Shown: one piece after another, positions 24,960 through 35,297 of the stretch | Layout: the number at the start of each line of letters is the position of its first letter | Position numbering within the stretch: position 1 is the stretch's first letter | Assembly: GCF_001194135.2 (NCBI RefSeq) | Contig: NC_068998.1 | Coordinates: 10,650,653-10,714,652 of the forward strand | Direction: 5' to 3' | Length of the DNA stretch: 64,000 bases | Origin: Octopus bimaculoides | Taxonomy: Eukaryota | The notes under the pieces: generated by a model | What the model saw: only the letters and a program-made list of their open reading frames with translations | Database searches by the model: none | What the model was told of the DNA's origin: nothing | Made by a program: the position numbers and the translations under genes

Positions 24960-25543
24960 TGCATGCATGCATGTATAGAGACAAGCACATGTATGTTTTT
25001 GCAAGTAGACAGTGTAGATGCTTAAACATGTATGTATGCATTGAATTATGCACATCACACAGATAATTACAGCGTTTGGATGGTGAAGTCGTGGCTTAGT
25101 GGTTAGTGTATTTGGCTTACAATTGTAAGGTCATGACCTCAATTCCTTATAGTGCATTATGTCCTTGAGCAAGACTCTTCATTTCACATTTCTTCAGTCC
25201 ACTCAGCTGGCAAAAAATGAGTAGTACCAGAATTTCAAAGGGTCGACTTTGTCACAATTTGTGCCATGCTGAATCTCTTTGAAGAACTATGTAAAGGGTA
25301 TGAATGTCTGTGGGCTGCTCAGCCACCTGTACATTAACCCTTTAGTGCCCATTGTCTTTTTTTTTTTAGGACCAGAAGGATAATCTATCATATTTCTGCA
25401 ACAGCTGTATTTTTTTGAGATATCTTTAGTTAGTCATCAAGACTGGAGTGTCTTTCAAATATTGTAATAAATTTTTTTTTATATATTTAGTATCAGATAA
25501 AGTTGTATAAAAAAAGATTTTTGGTAATAAATCAAATAAAACA

Positions 25544-25895
25544 AGAGCACTCGGAGAGTGCAAACCTCTGCCAAGGTAACACCAACATCCTCTCAGAGAT
25601 GATTTTCAAAATGAGAATATCTGAAATAAACTCAAATCTTCTCTCAAACGGGAACACTAAAAATGAACCCAACTGCACTCAAAAATTAAGTAAAAAAAAA
25701 AAACAGGAAAAATAATCCAGAATCCTTGTCCAGAACTGGATTAATCCCCAAATCTAATCAGTTTGTGCCAGTCATGAGAACAAACAATCCTGAAAGTTTC
25801 ATTTGAATCCATCTAGCGGTTCTTGAGATATCTTATCCACAGACAAACAAATACAACTGAAAACAATACCTCTGCCTTTGCTAAGGTAGAGGTAA
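25544..25895 (-). mobile_element. HINE-like element, copy 2
   Basis: Collinear with 5215-5495 and 28586-28926. Confidence 0.6.
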
Positions 25896-26335
25896 AATTT
25901 GGGCACAAATGGGTTAAGTTCACAAGTAGGCTGTTCCATTGACGAGATCAACTGCAACCCACATCAACATAACCGACGGAGTGCCCAACAGAAACAGCTA
26001 ATTACACGTACTTACTGTATACATTTGAACACATTAATACACACCTGCTTTTTTTTTTTTTTTTTTTACTTATTTCAGTCACGGGCTGCCATGCTTGAAG
26101 GTTTAGTCAAACAAATCAATCTCAGTACTGGGGCAGGTAGAAATTAATTCTTCAGTTGATTCACATTTAAATCTGTTATACCCATAAAATATTCAGGTAT
26201 TATACTCCATGAATTGTATCGTTTATAATGCTGTGTGTTCCACCGACTACCTCTGGTGGTATAGGCTTTGAGAAAAAAAAAAAAAGGATAGGTAACTTTT
26301 AACATTCAGGGGTAGGTTTACCATTTAGTTGCTTC

Positions 26336-26744
26336 CAGGGCCAGGTAAAGACTCATAGAGGCCCTCAGCACTTAAAAGATTTTGGTGCACCCATATATAT
26401 GTAATTCAAAATACGAGCAATAATAAACCATATAATAAAGTTTTACCTTTCAAACAGTAAGATGAAAATGTTTATTTTTGCATACTTCCATTTTTATTTA
26501 TATTTGAAAAATTGTCTTCTACTTTAATTGCAAAGTCTTTGATCAGGTACTCAAAATATATTTTATGTATCACATTTGCTTCTATACTTAGTAGAGATAA
26601 GGCATCCTGAATATTATTCTAACAAGCTTAAAGTGATTTCTTTTGTACTGTAAACCATTTACCATTTCTTTAGCACCCCCCCCCCCAACTTCCCTTGATG
26701 CCCTAAGCATGTACTTATTTTGCTTAATGGTTAATCTAGTGCTG
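26336..26744. mobile_element. hAT-like MITE with 8-bp TSD
   Basis: Ends cagggccagg... and ...taatctagtgctg; flanks gttgcttc and gttggttc (one mismatch); second copy at 58957-59375. Confidence 0.75.
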
Positions 26745-26860
26745 GTTGGTTCTCTTTTGCTCTGACCTACTGAAAAGCCAAATTTCAGAATCTTGGCAAG
26801 GGCTGGGTACCTTAGTTAGAGCATACATGCATACACACACATACATGCAATGTTAATATA

Positions 26861-26986
26861 CAGGGTGTCCACAAAGTCTAGGTACATGGGGATTAACACA
26901 TACTTTAAATAACTTATTATTTCTTATATTTAATTGTTTGTTATGATTTTATTTACTCCATGTACCCAGACCTTGTGGACACCCTG
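26861..26986. mobile_element. Tc1/mariner MITE, 126 bp, TA target duplication
   Basis: TA|cagggtgtccacaaagtctaggtacatgg ... ccatgtacccagaccttgtggacaccctg|TA. Confidence 0.9.
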
Positions 26987-28553
26987 TATATTAACATATA
27001 TTTGATATATAATTTGGTAACACATCCACGAATACATGAAAGTATGTATATGTGCATGAATAAAGATTATATCTAATAAATAAAATGTTCAGCACTGAAA
27101 ACTTTTAATAAGTTTTGGCATAAATCTGTTTTAACAAACAATTTGAGACCTGAATGATTAGCTGTTTCTTGTAGTCACTGTGTGTGTGTGTGTGCATGCA
27201 TATATGTGTGTGTGTGTGTGTGTGAGCATGTATGAATGTGTATGCACGCATATATGTGTATGTGTGCATGTATATATATATGTGTGTGTGCACGTGTGTT
27301 TTAAGTAACATATGACTCATAACATAAGTAGGTAGAAATACTAGTTCTATTAAACATCCATAGGATTAATATCTACAAATACACACACACACACACTCAC
27401 GTGTACATATTCACTCACTCACACACAAACTTACACACACATGCACACATATATAAACTTACACACACATGCACACATATATAAACTTACACACACATGC
27501 ACACATATAAACTCACATACACATATGTGTGTGTATATATATGTATGTATGTATGTATGTATAATGCTTATGCACACCTAAATAGATACTCAGTCATTAC
27601 ATACATGCATCCATACATACTCGGTCATACATACATATACTTTAGCATATTAACACACAACGACAAATGTATCTATACACATGCAAACACACACACCCAC
27701 AAATATAACATATAATACACATTCAAATATAGAGTATGTATGCATAAGTGTGTGTGTGTGTGTATGCATATTATAGCATACACACATCCATTAATGCAAT
27801 CCATAAGCACAAACACATTAGCGTGTGGACGGAAACACACACAAATAAATACATACATACATACATGCACACATAGATAAAATCCTATGGATATGTGCAC
27901 GGAAGCTAAATTACACAATATCATTGAATAACAAGGGTTTGTATTCAACACCCTCCACATTACTCGACATAACTACATTCATCACAACCACAACCACATC
28001 CAATCGTGAGAAATTATTTCTTGATTCCTCTCATACAATTTGTGTGTGTACCTTTAGTAAAGATTTTACTATGATTCACATAAATGTCAGGTCTTTTAGT
28101 GAATTTTTTTAATTGTTTTTTTTCTGTTTAGTTTAGTTTAATTTAATTTATTTTTTGTTTTTGTTCTGGATAAGCTGATTCATGACCTTTTTTTAAAATC
28201 TCATTTTTGATATATTTTTTATTAAACTTTTTTTTTCTACTGTCATGTGATGTAAAAAAAAAAAGATAAATATCTCCAAGCCCTGAAGTTATTATTATTA
28301 TTGTTCAGTAGTTTTATTTTTATAATGTGCTTTCACTTCACTACCGAGCGCAGCTCTGTGCGCCTTGGGTATGTGCTGTGGTGCTCTTATGGTTACTGTA
28401 TTGAAAGTGTTTTGCGTAGGATGTGTGCTGTGCCCAGTAGTGCAATTTTCTGTATGTTATATATATTTGTAAGTCTTGGTGTTTTTGTTATGTATTTGTC
28501 TGAATATATTTTTATTATACCTAAGGCACCTACTATGATAGGAATTGTTTCTG

Positions 28554-28585
<32 letters not shown>

Positions 28586-28590
<5 letters not shown>

Positions 28591-28926
28591 TCTGCCTTAG
28601 CGATGGCAGAGGTATTGTTTTCAGTTATGTTTGTTTGTCCATGGACAAGACATCTCAAGAACTGCTGGATGGATTCTGATGAAACTTTCAGGAATGTTTG
28701 GCCTTGTGACTGGCACAAACTGAGTAGATTTTGGGATCATACCAGACAAGGATACTGGATTAATTTTTCCTGCTTTTTTACTTAATTTTTGAGAGTGCTC
28801 GGGTCCATTTTTAGTATTCTCGTTTGTGAGAGCAGTTGAGTTTATTTCAGATATTCTCATTTCAAAACTCACCTCTGGCTGACGCTGGTGTTGCCTTGGC
28901 AGAGGTTTGCACTTTCTGAGTGCTCT
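28586..28926 (+). mobile_element. HINE-like element, copy 3, embedded in (TAT)n
   Basis: ttacctctgccttagcgatggcagaggta ... ttggcagaggtttgcactttctgagtgctct, with TAT repeats on both sides. Confidence 0.65.
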
Positions 28927-28931
28927 TATTA

Positions 28932-28975
<44 letters not shown>

Positions 28976-29277
28976 TTCCTGCTGAAGTCAACTTTGCCTT
29001 TTATCCTTTTGAGGTGGATAAAATAAAGCCCCAGTCAAGTACTGGGACTGGTTTAATTGACTCACCATCTCCTTTCAAACCTGCTAGTCTCCTGTCAAGA
29101 ATTATTAGAAAGAATTATTATTATTATTATTATTATTGTTCAAGATTGACTTTGCCTTTCATCCTTTCGGAGTCAATAAAATAAGTACCAGTTGCATACT
29201 GGGGTTGATGTAATTAAAATTTTCACTCAACATAGTTCAATTCATGTTCAACATCTTAACCAAAGTAATTAGATGAC

Positions 29278-29370
29278 TCATTTATGCACTTTGATCTTAG
29301 CATAGATCCCCTCAACTGCAGAAGCCACTTGCAATCGCAGGGGTTGCAGGAGCTTAGCAATGGCCCTGCC
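29278..29370 (-). CDS. Candidate terminal coding exon (GRAIAKLLQPLRLQVASAVEGIYAKIKVHK*)
   Basis: ccttttctctaacctag| acceptor with a CTAAC branch-like motif; 30 open codons to TGA in GC-richer unique sequence. Confidence 0.35.
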   Translation of the reverse strand, partial: GRAIAKLLQPLRLQVASAVEGIYAKIKVHK

Positions 29371-29595
29371 CTAGGTTAGAGAAAAGGCTAGGCCAGTACA
29401 TTTGAGAGAGTATCAAATAAGAGCAGTGGTTGCCAAGTGAACTCGCAATGCTAGACTCAAAAAACTTAACTCTTCTGTTACCATATTTCTGTGGATTTAC
29501 ATTGTTTGTCTTTCAAGTAATTTTGAAAAAAATCCACTCTCTTCTACTAGTTTCAATCACTGGACTGCAGCCATGCTTGGAAACTGCCTTGTCAG

Positions 29596-29788
29596 ATAAG
29601 CTGAATTTTGGAAATATTGTAATACTGTAAAAGACTACCTGTGGCAAAGTTGGAGCAAGCCCTTAACTCTTCAGCTCATTCTAAAAATTAGTTTGATATT
29701 GATAGCCCCACATAGGGAGCATACCAGATATTAAGCTGAGAAGAGCAGATAATACACTTTGATCTTAGCTAAAAAGCCAAGAAACAAT
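29596..29788 (-). pseudogene. U2: Full-length degenerate U2 spliceosomal snRNA copy
   Basis: Minus strand reads ATTGTTTCTTGGCTTTTTAGCTAAGATCAAAGTGTATTATCTGCTCTTCTCAGCTTAATATCTGGTATGCTCCCTATGTGGGGC...AATTTTTAG (Sm-like)...GGGCTTGCTCC...CAGTATTACAATATTTCC. This is collinear with metazoan U2 (ATCGCTTCTCGGCCTTTTGGCTAAGATCAAAGTGTAGTATCTGTTCTTATCAG...GGTATTGCAGTACC). The branch-pairing GTAGTA is changed to GTATTA. Confidence 0.9.
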
Positions 29789-30076
29789 GAAGTATTTGAA
29801 AAACAATTTTGATACTAACCTGCCTTTATCGTACAATACAAACTTCCCATTATAAAGGGATTTGAATTAAAACCTTCCATCAAAATAGCATGCCAATTTA
29901 AGTTCCAAAATGCCAGCTTAATAAATAACATGGTTATTGTACTATATTCTTTATTATTTTCAAAATTGATTAAAACAAAGGCAGCGCATTTCAATAGGAA
30001 TTAGGAACAAAAAAAATTATGTTGATGTTTGGGATATAATATGAAATTTTGATGGAGAATTTTAATCTAAATCACT

Positions 30077-30294
30077 TTAACCCCTTAGCATTTAAAGTAG
30101 CCTGAAATTCCACCTGGTTTATGTTCAAACCAGCCAACTCTGGCCACTCCTACAATATCATTCTAAAAATAAGTAACCATAACAATGAAATCTCAAAGCA
30201 ACAAGATCTACAAGATAATGTCTGCTCAATTTAAAACAATATGAATAAACAAGTGTGATATTTGACAGAGTAATCTAAATGCTAAAGTGTTGAA
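30077..30294. mobile_element. piggyBac-like (TTAA) MITE, second copy
   Basis: TTAA|ccccttagcattt ... aaatgctaaagtgttgaa; internal sequence shared with 209-417. Confidence 0.6.
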
Positions 30295-30935
30295 ACATGA
30301 AATTTGTACCATAAAATTAGGAGCAGTCTAAGGTGAGTTGGTAACAAAAAGGTTAACAGGGGCCCACTCCATGGCCATTAACTCCTGGTTGAGTTCATCT
30401 ATCATTGTAGACAAGTATTTTTTTGTTTTGTTTTGTTCAGTCAGAGCAACTATGTACCCTTCACACACCAGGGTGAGACCCCTAAAAGCTAAAGCTAGTT
30501 TAATTATCAATGGCCCAATTATGAAACAGGTAGTACTGTTTTATATCATTAACAGTAGTAGATCATTTTTGATCTGATAGTAAAAGCACCAGTAATACAC
30601 TGGGGATATTGTTAACTATATTCCTTTGCGTACATCTTCACTTCCTAGAAATAGAAGTCAAAGTTTGCTAAAATTACACCGTATTTTTTGGTTTGTTTTT
30701 ATTTCAAGGACAAATTAGACAGTTGCATTTTCCACTATATAAGACAGTTTGGCTACAGCCAGAATTCCTTTTGATCATGGGTCTGCTTGATGGTGACTGA
30801 CCTAGGGCTAAATAATCAATACAACTATTGCCACTACCTCTAAGGCCACCACCATCACCACCACCAACTGATCATTTGCCTTAATAATTCAATACAAATT
30901 TTAAATATCTCTACATAGGTCTAAATATCTCTATA

Positions 30936-31352
30936 GGCGCAGGGGTGGCTGTGTGGTAAGTAGCTTGCTCACCAACCAGATGGTTCTGGGTTCAGTTCCA
31001 CTGCATGGCACCTTGGGCAAGTGTCTTCTACTATAGCCTCGGGCCCACCAAAGCCTTGTGAGTGGATTTGATAGACGGAAACTGAAAGAAGCCCGTTGTA
31101 TATATGTGTATATATATGTATGTATGTATGTATGTGTATATGTTTGTGTGTCTGTGTTTGTCCCCCCAGAATCGCTTGACAACTGATACTGGTGTGTTTA
31201 CGTACCTGTAACTTAGCGGTTCGGCAAAAGAGAACGATAGAATAACTACTAGGCTTACAAAGAATAAGTCCTGGGGTTGATTTGCTTGACTAAAAGTGGT
31301 GTTCCAGCATGGCCGCAGTCAAATGACTGAAACCAGTAAAAGAGTAAAAGAA
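30936..31352 (+). mobile_element. tRNA-derived SINE family A, near full-length copy
   Basis: Head ggcgcaggggtggctgtgtggtaag (A box) ...ggttcagttcc (B box); body ggcaccttgggcaagtgtcttctactatagcc; internal (TA/TG)n; tail gtaaaaga repeats. More than 15 partial copies in the window (e.g. 2163-2525, 3846-4137, 10440-10797, 10810-11120, 17005-17330, 37954-38275, 49790-50160, 50805-51230, 57255-57712, 59700-59942). Confidence 0.85.
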
Positions 31353-31924
31353 TATAAGTTTTGGTTGCTCAACNNNNNNNNNNNNNNNNNNNNNNNNNNN
31401 NNNNNNNNNNNNNNNNNNNNNNNNNNNNNNNNNNNNNNNNNNNNNNNNNNNNNNNNNNNNNNNNNNNNNNNNNNNNNNNNNNNNNNNNNNNNNNNNNNNN
31501 NNNNNNNNNNNNNNNNNNNNNNNNNNNNNNNNCAAAACAAAACAAACAAAAAAAAAAAAGCAGAAAAGAAAAAGACAAAATACAAGAGAAATCAATCACC
31601 CAGAAAATTTAGTTCACATAAAACAGGACCACACCTAGTAAGAACAAGAAAAACAAAATGAGAAAGAAAGGAAGGGAGGAAACAAGAGAAAGAAAGACAA
31701 AAAGAAATACTCAAAAATGAATTTTAAAAAAAAAGAGAAAAATAGAAAAGAAAAAGTAACCAAAAAGAAAAGAAAAGAAACAAAAAAAAAGAAAGAAAAT
31801 AAAGAATTTTTTTTTTTTCTGGCTCTCATACATCTACATGGCTGTAAACTTATTTCTAATGTTCTGGTATGATTGATTAGTCAGCAGTTTAAATGTGTTT
31901 CAGACTTTAAAACTTTCCTCTTTC

Positions 31925-32170
31925 TTTATTTTTAAGTGTATCAAAAAACTGCCCTGCACATAATGTCGATCTATTTATGAGTGTTGTAAGTTCTATATTT
32001 GAGAGAGAAGGAATTATGTACATTACATTTGATGGATATTTGTCCTCAACTTTTTTGTTGTCAACATAACATTTCAGCTGATGTACTCTCCAGCCTTCAT
32101 CAGGTGTCCTGGGGGAATTTCGAATCTGGGTTCTCATTCCTAAGGTATTTTTCTGATGTTATTTTATATC
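31925..32170 (-). mobile_element. Penelope-like element terminal fragment
   Basis: Minus strand cctgatgaaggctggagagtacatcagctgaaatgttatgttgacaac, the CTGATGA..GAAA signature of PLE termini. Confidence 0.6.
32063..32109 (-). ncRNA. Decayed minimal type-I hammerhead ribozyme motif within the PLE fragment
   Basis: GGACAC-CTGATGA-A-GGCTG(gagagtacat)CAGCT-GAAA-TGT-T-ATGTT. Confidence 0.5.
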
Positions 32171-32691
32171 TCTCTTTAATGACTGTATTACCTTTAAGAA
32201 ACATTTTTTGATTAGCTAAAGGAATAAAGGAAAATTTTCTGGGAAAAGATGGAAACTAAGTTAAACTTTAATTCACCCATTTGTATTTTGTCATGCATGA
32301 ATGACAACAAAACCACAATGACTGGACATAACCCATTGGCCAAGTGCAATAAAAGCCAGAAATTTGAATTTTACAGCCTGTGTGAGTTCTCTCAACCTAA
32401 ACAAACAACTACACAGTTTATCTGAAGCATAAAATCAAAATTAGGTACTTGCGTAATGTAGTTTATTTATGATAGATTTAAGGCTTCATACTTTATTCCA
32501 GTACACTGTTACCGTATCATATTTACATACACAGAATCATGCATTTTCCTCAACAAAACCCCTTCAAAATATCTCTCAATACGTGTATGAAGAAAAGGTC
32601 GATAAATAAAGTACCAGTTGAGTACTGTGGTCGATGTGATCGACTGTCCCCCTCCCTACAAAATCCAGGCCTTGCGCCTATAGTAGAAACG

Positions 32692-32724
<33 letters not shown>

Positions 32725-35249
32725 ATAAGCTGGTTTTCAGAACATTAAGGTACTTACATAAAATCATGGTGGAAAATTTTAATGTAGAATATGAACATAT
32801 TAAAATGTCTAAATTTTGAGTTATATATCCAGAGACAGTTTGTGAGTAGATTAATATTAAAAGGGTTAAAGATATTTTGAACATTTCAAATTAAAATTTG
32901 AGAATTCTTAAGAGGAGATGTTTCTCAATTTAAAAGGTGCAGAATGAATAAACTTTCTATTTTCCAAAATCTAATAATGAATGAGCTTTTATGCAATCAG
33001 GATGCCTAATCCTGCTAGAAATAGCAACCAAATATCTCTCTTGAATTAGTGTTATTATTGTAGAGATGTATGTATTGGATATATGAGAGCTCTGAGTATG
33101 CTATACCTGGGAAAAAATACAGAATGGTCACAAGAAGAAATGCCTTGATCTTGGGCTTGGATTAATCAGAAGTGACCAATAAAAGCAATAACGGTCACAT
33201 TGATGATCACACTAAAAGTGTTTTCTTGGGGAGAGAAACAAAAATCATTGCACAAACTTTCTGTTTAGAAAAAGAATTACATTCAAAAAAACTTTCAGTT
33301 AAAAGTTGAATATAATGAGTTATGACAAGCCATTTTATCATGAGTAAAATGACAAAATAAGGAGCAAAGAAATACAATCATAGACCAAGTACTTTGTTAG
33401 TATATAGAAAAGAACAAAACACGTAAATCTGTGCTGAACGAAAATAAAGAAAGAAAAGGTATAAAGTAGAATCTTAGTACATATGGAGTACACCCATGAT
33501 GTGATATAAAGAAGAAAGAAAGTAAGAACAATCGAAAGATATAACATCACAAATAGCATGACAAAAAGCGACTACTTCAGTGAATGGAAAATACAGACAG
33601 GTTTACTATAGCTGGATATATATAAACTAACAAACAATGAATGTTCATGAATCAGTAATTCACAATTACATAAGCAAAAACATCGCTGGAGTTATAAAAA
33701 AAAAAAAAAACGTTTTTTTTTTTTAACAGTTCATTATTTATTGAATTACTTTTTGGATCATTACAGCAATTCACAAATAAGAACGCTGAGTTATATAACA
33801 ATGATTTATGATAACATTGACATAAAATTTACATCATCATCATCTGACAGGCTGGGAGAGTGAATCGCAGTAGGGTTTGAACCATGGTTCTGATAATGCT
33901 TTCTACCATTGGCATGGTACCTCAAATTTAGAAGAAGGGTACTAATTGATTACATTAATTCCAGTGCTTGACTACGTCTTATTTTACTACCCCCAAAAGG
34001 ATGAAAGGCAAAGTAAAGCTTAGTAGAATTTGAACACAGAACATAAAACCAAAAGAAATGCCACTAAGCATTTTCTCAGAAGTACTAATGATTCCGCAGG
34101 CTTGCTGCCCTAAGTATGGCTCATATAATATGAATATGTAAGAGCTGAAAATGCAGGCATTCAAGTGGAGAGAAGCAGAAAAGGCATCTCAGAGGCAAGA
34201 ATATTAGAGAGAAGTTATCAAAAGCCTATGCTCTATAGAGAACAAAAAGCTTAAATAAGTAATTATACTCTGTACAACAGTTGGTGTTAAGAAGAGCATC
34301 AAGTAGTAGAAACCATGCCAAAAAATAGAATGTATGAGTAAAAGATGGTCCCCAGACTCAACTAAGATGGCACAAAGTCCGTCCAAATAAGAAGAAATTA
34401 ACTCAACTGGTAAAACCCATCCAACCCATTCTCAGGCATGGAAAGCAGATATGAAAACAGTGATGATGATAATGGTGATCTCATCTACCTAGTCATCAGC
34501 ATCGTCATCATTTAACATCTGTTTTCCATGTTGGCATGGGTTAGATGGTTTGACTGGAACCAGCATGTCTATATAACAAAGAAGCTTCTAGCCATAAATA
34601 TGTATTACTAGGTGACCATTATTATTATTATTATGCATTCTGTTATATTACTCTAACCTCAAATCTTCCCGGGGATGATATTGGTTGGTTGAAGTAGGAT
34701 AAACTCTGCCAGGCTTGATTATACCCTAACCATATTATATGAAGATTGAAGTCTTCAACAGATTCACAATGATACAATGCTAACAGGCAGAGTCGATAAC
34801 TGACCTGGTAGAAGTGGAAGCCAAATCACTCTCGAGTCACACAGCACCATTTCAAAAGTAAAAAGAAAAAGAAATATTGGGGAAGGTATTCTTAGGCAAT
34901 AAAGAAAAAGTGGGGGAGGTCAGAGGGGAAACAGGTGAAGTGTCTTTGACTCAAGATTTGATAAACATTAATCTGGCACTAAACAACAATGACAACAACA
35001 ACATTAACAGGCCACATTTTATGCATATAAACCTCTGTGTGTGTGTGTGTGTGTGTGTNNNNNNNNNNNNNNNNNNNNNNNNNNNNNNNNNNNNNNNNNN
35101 NNNNNNNNNNNNNNNNNNNNNNNNNNNNNNNNNNNNNNNNNNNNNNNNNNNNNNNNNNNNNNNNNNNNNNNNNNNNNNNNNNNNNNNNNNNNNNNNNNNN
35201 NNNNNNNNNNNNNNNNNNNNNNNNNNNNNNNNNAGCTATGTATACTTAC

Positions 35250-35297
35250 CTTTTCCTGGGACATGCCCAGATAAATTCGTTTTAGTTTTACTTTTGC
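35250..35297 (-). CDS. Candidate 48-nt internal exon (AKVKLKRIYLGMSQEK or KSKTKTNLSGHVPGK)
   Basis: Long T tract ending ctattttatag| then GCAAAAG...GGAAAAG|gtaagt; both splice sites near consensus; length divisible by 3. Confidence 0.55.

Noticed and set aside
29320-29380. Partial resemblance to U6 (TTAGCAATGGCCCTGC, plus) and U1 (CCATTGC...CCCTGCGATT, minus)
   Set aside because: Short gapped matches with no flanking similarity
30936-31010. tRNA-like sequences at SINE heads
   Set aside because: A and B boxes present but no complete cloverleaf; part of high-copy SINEs
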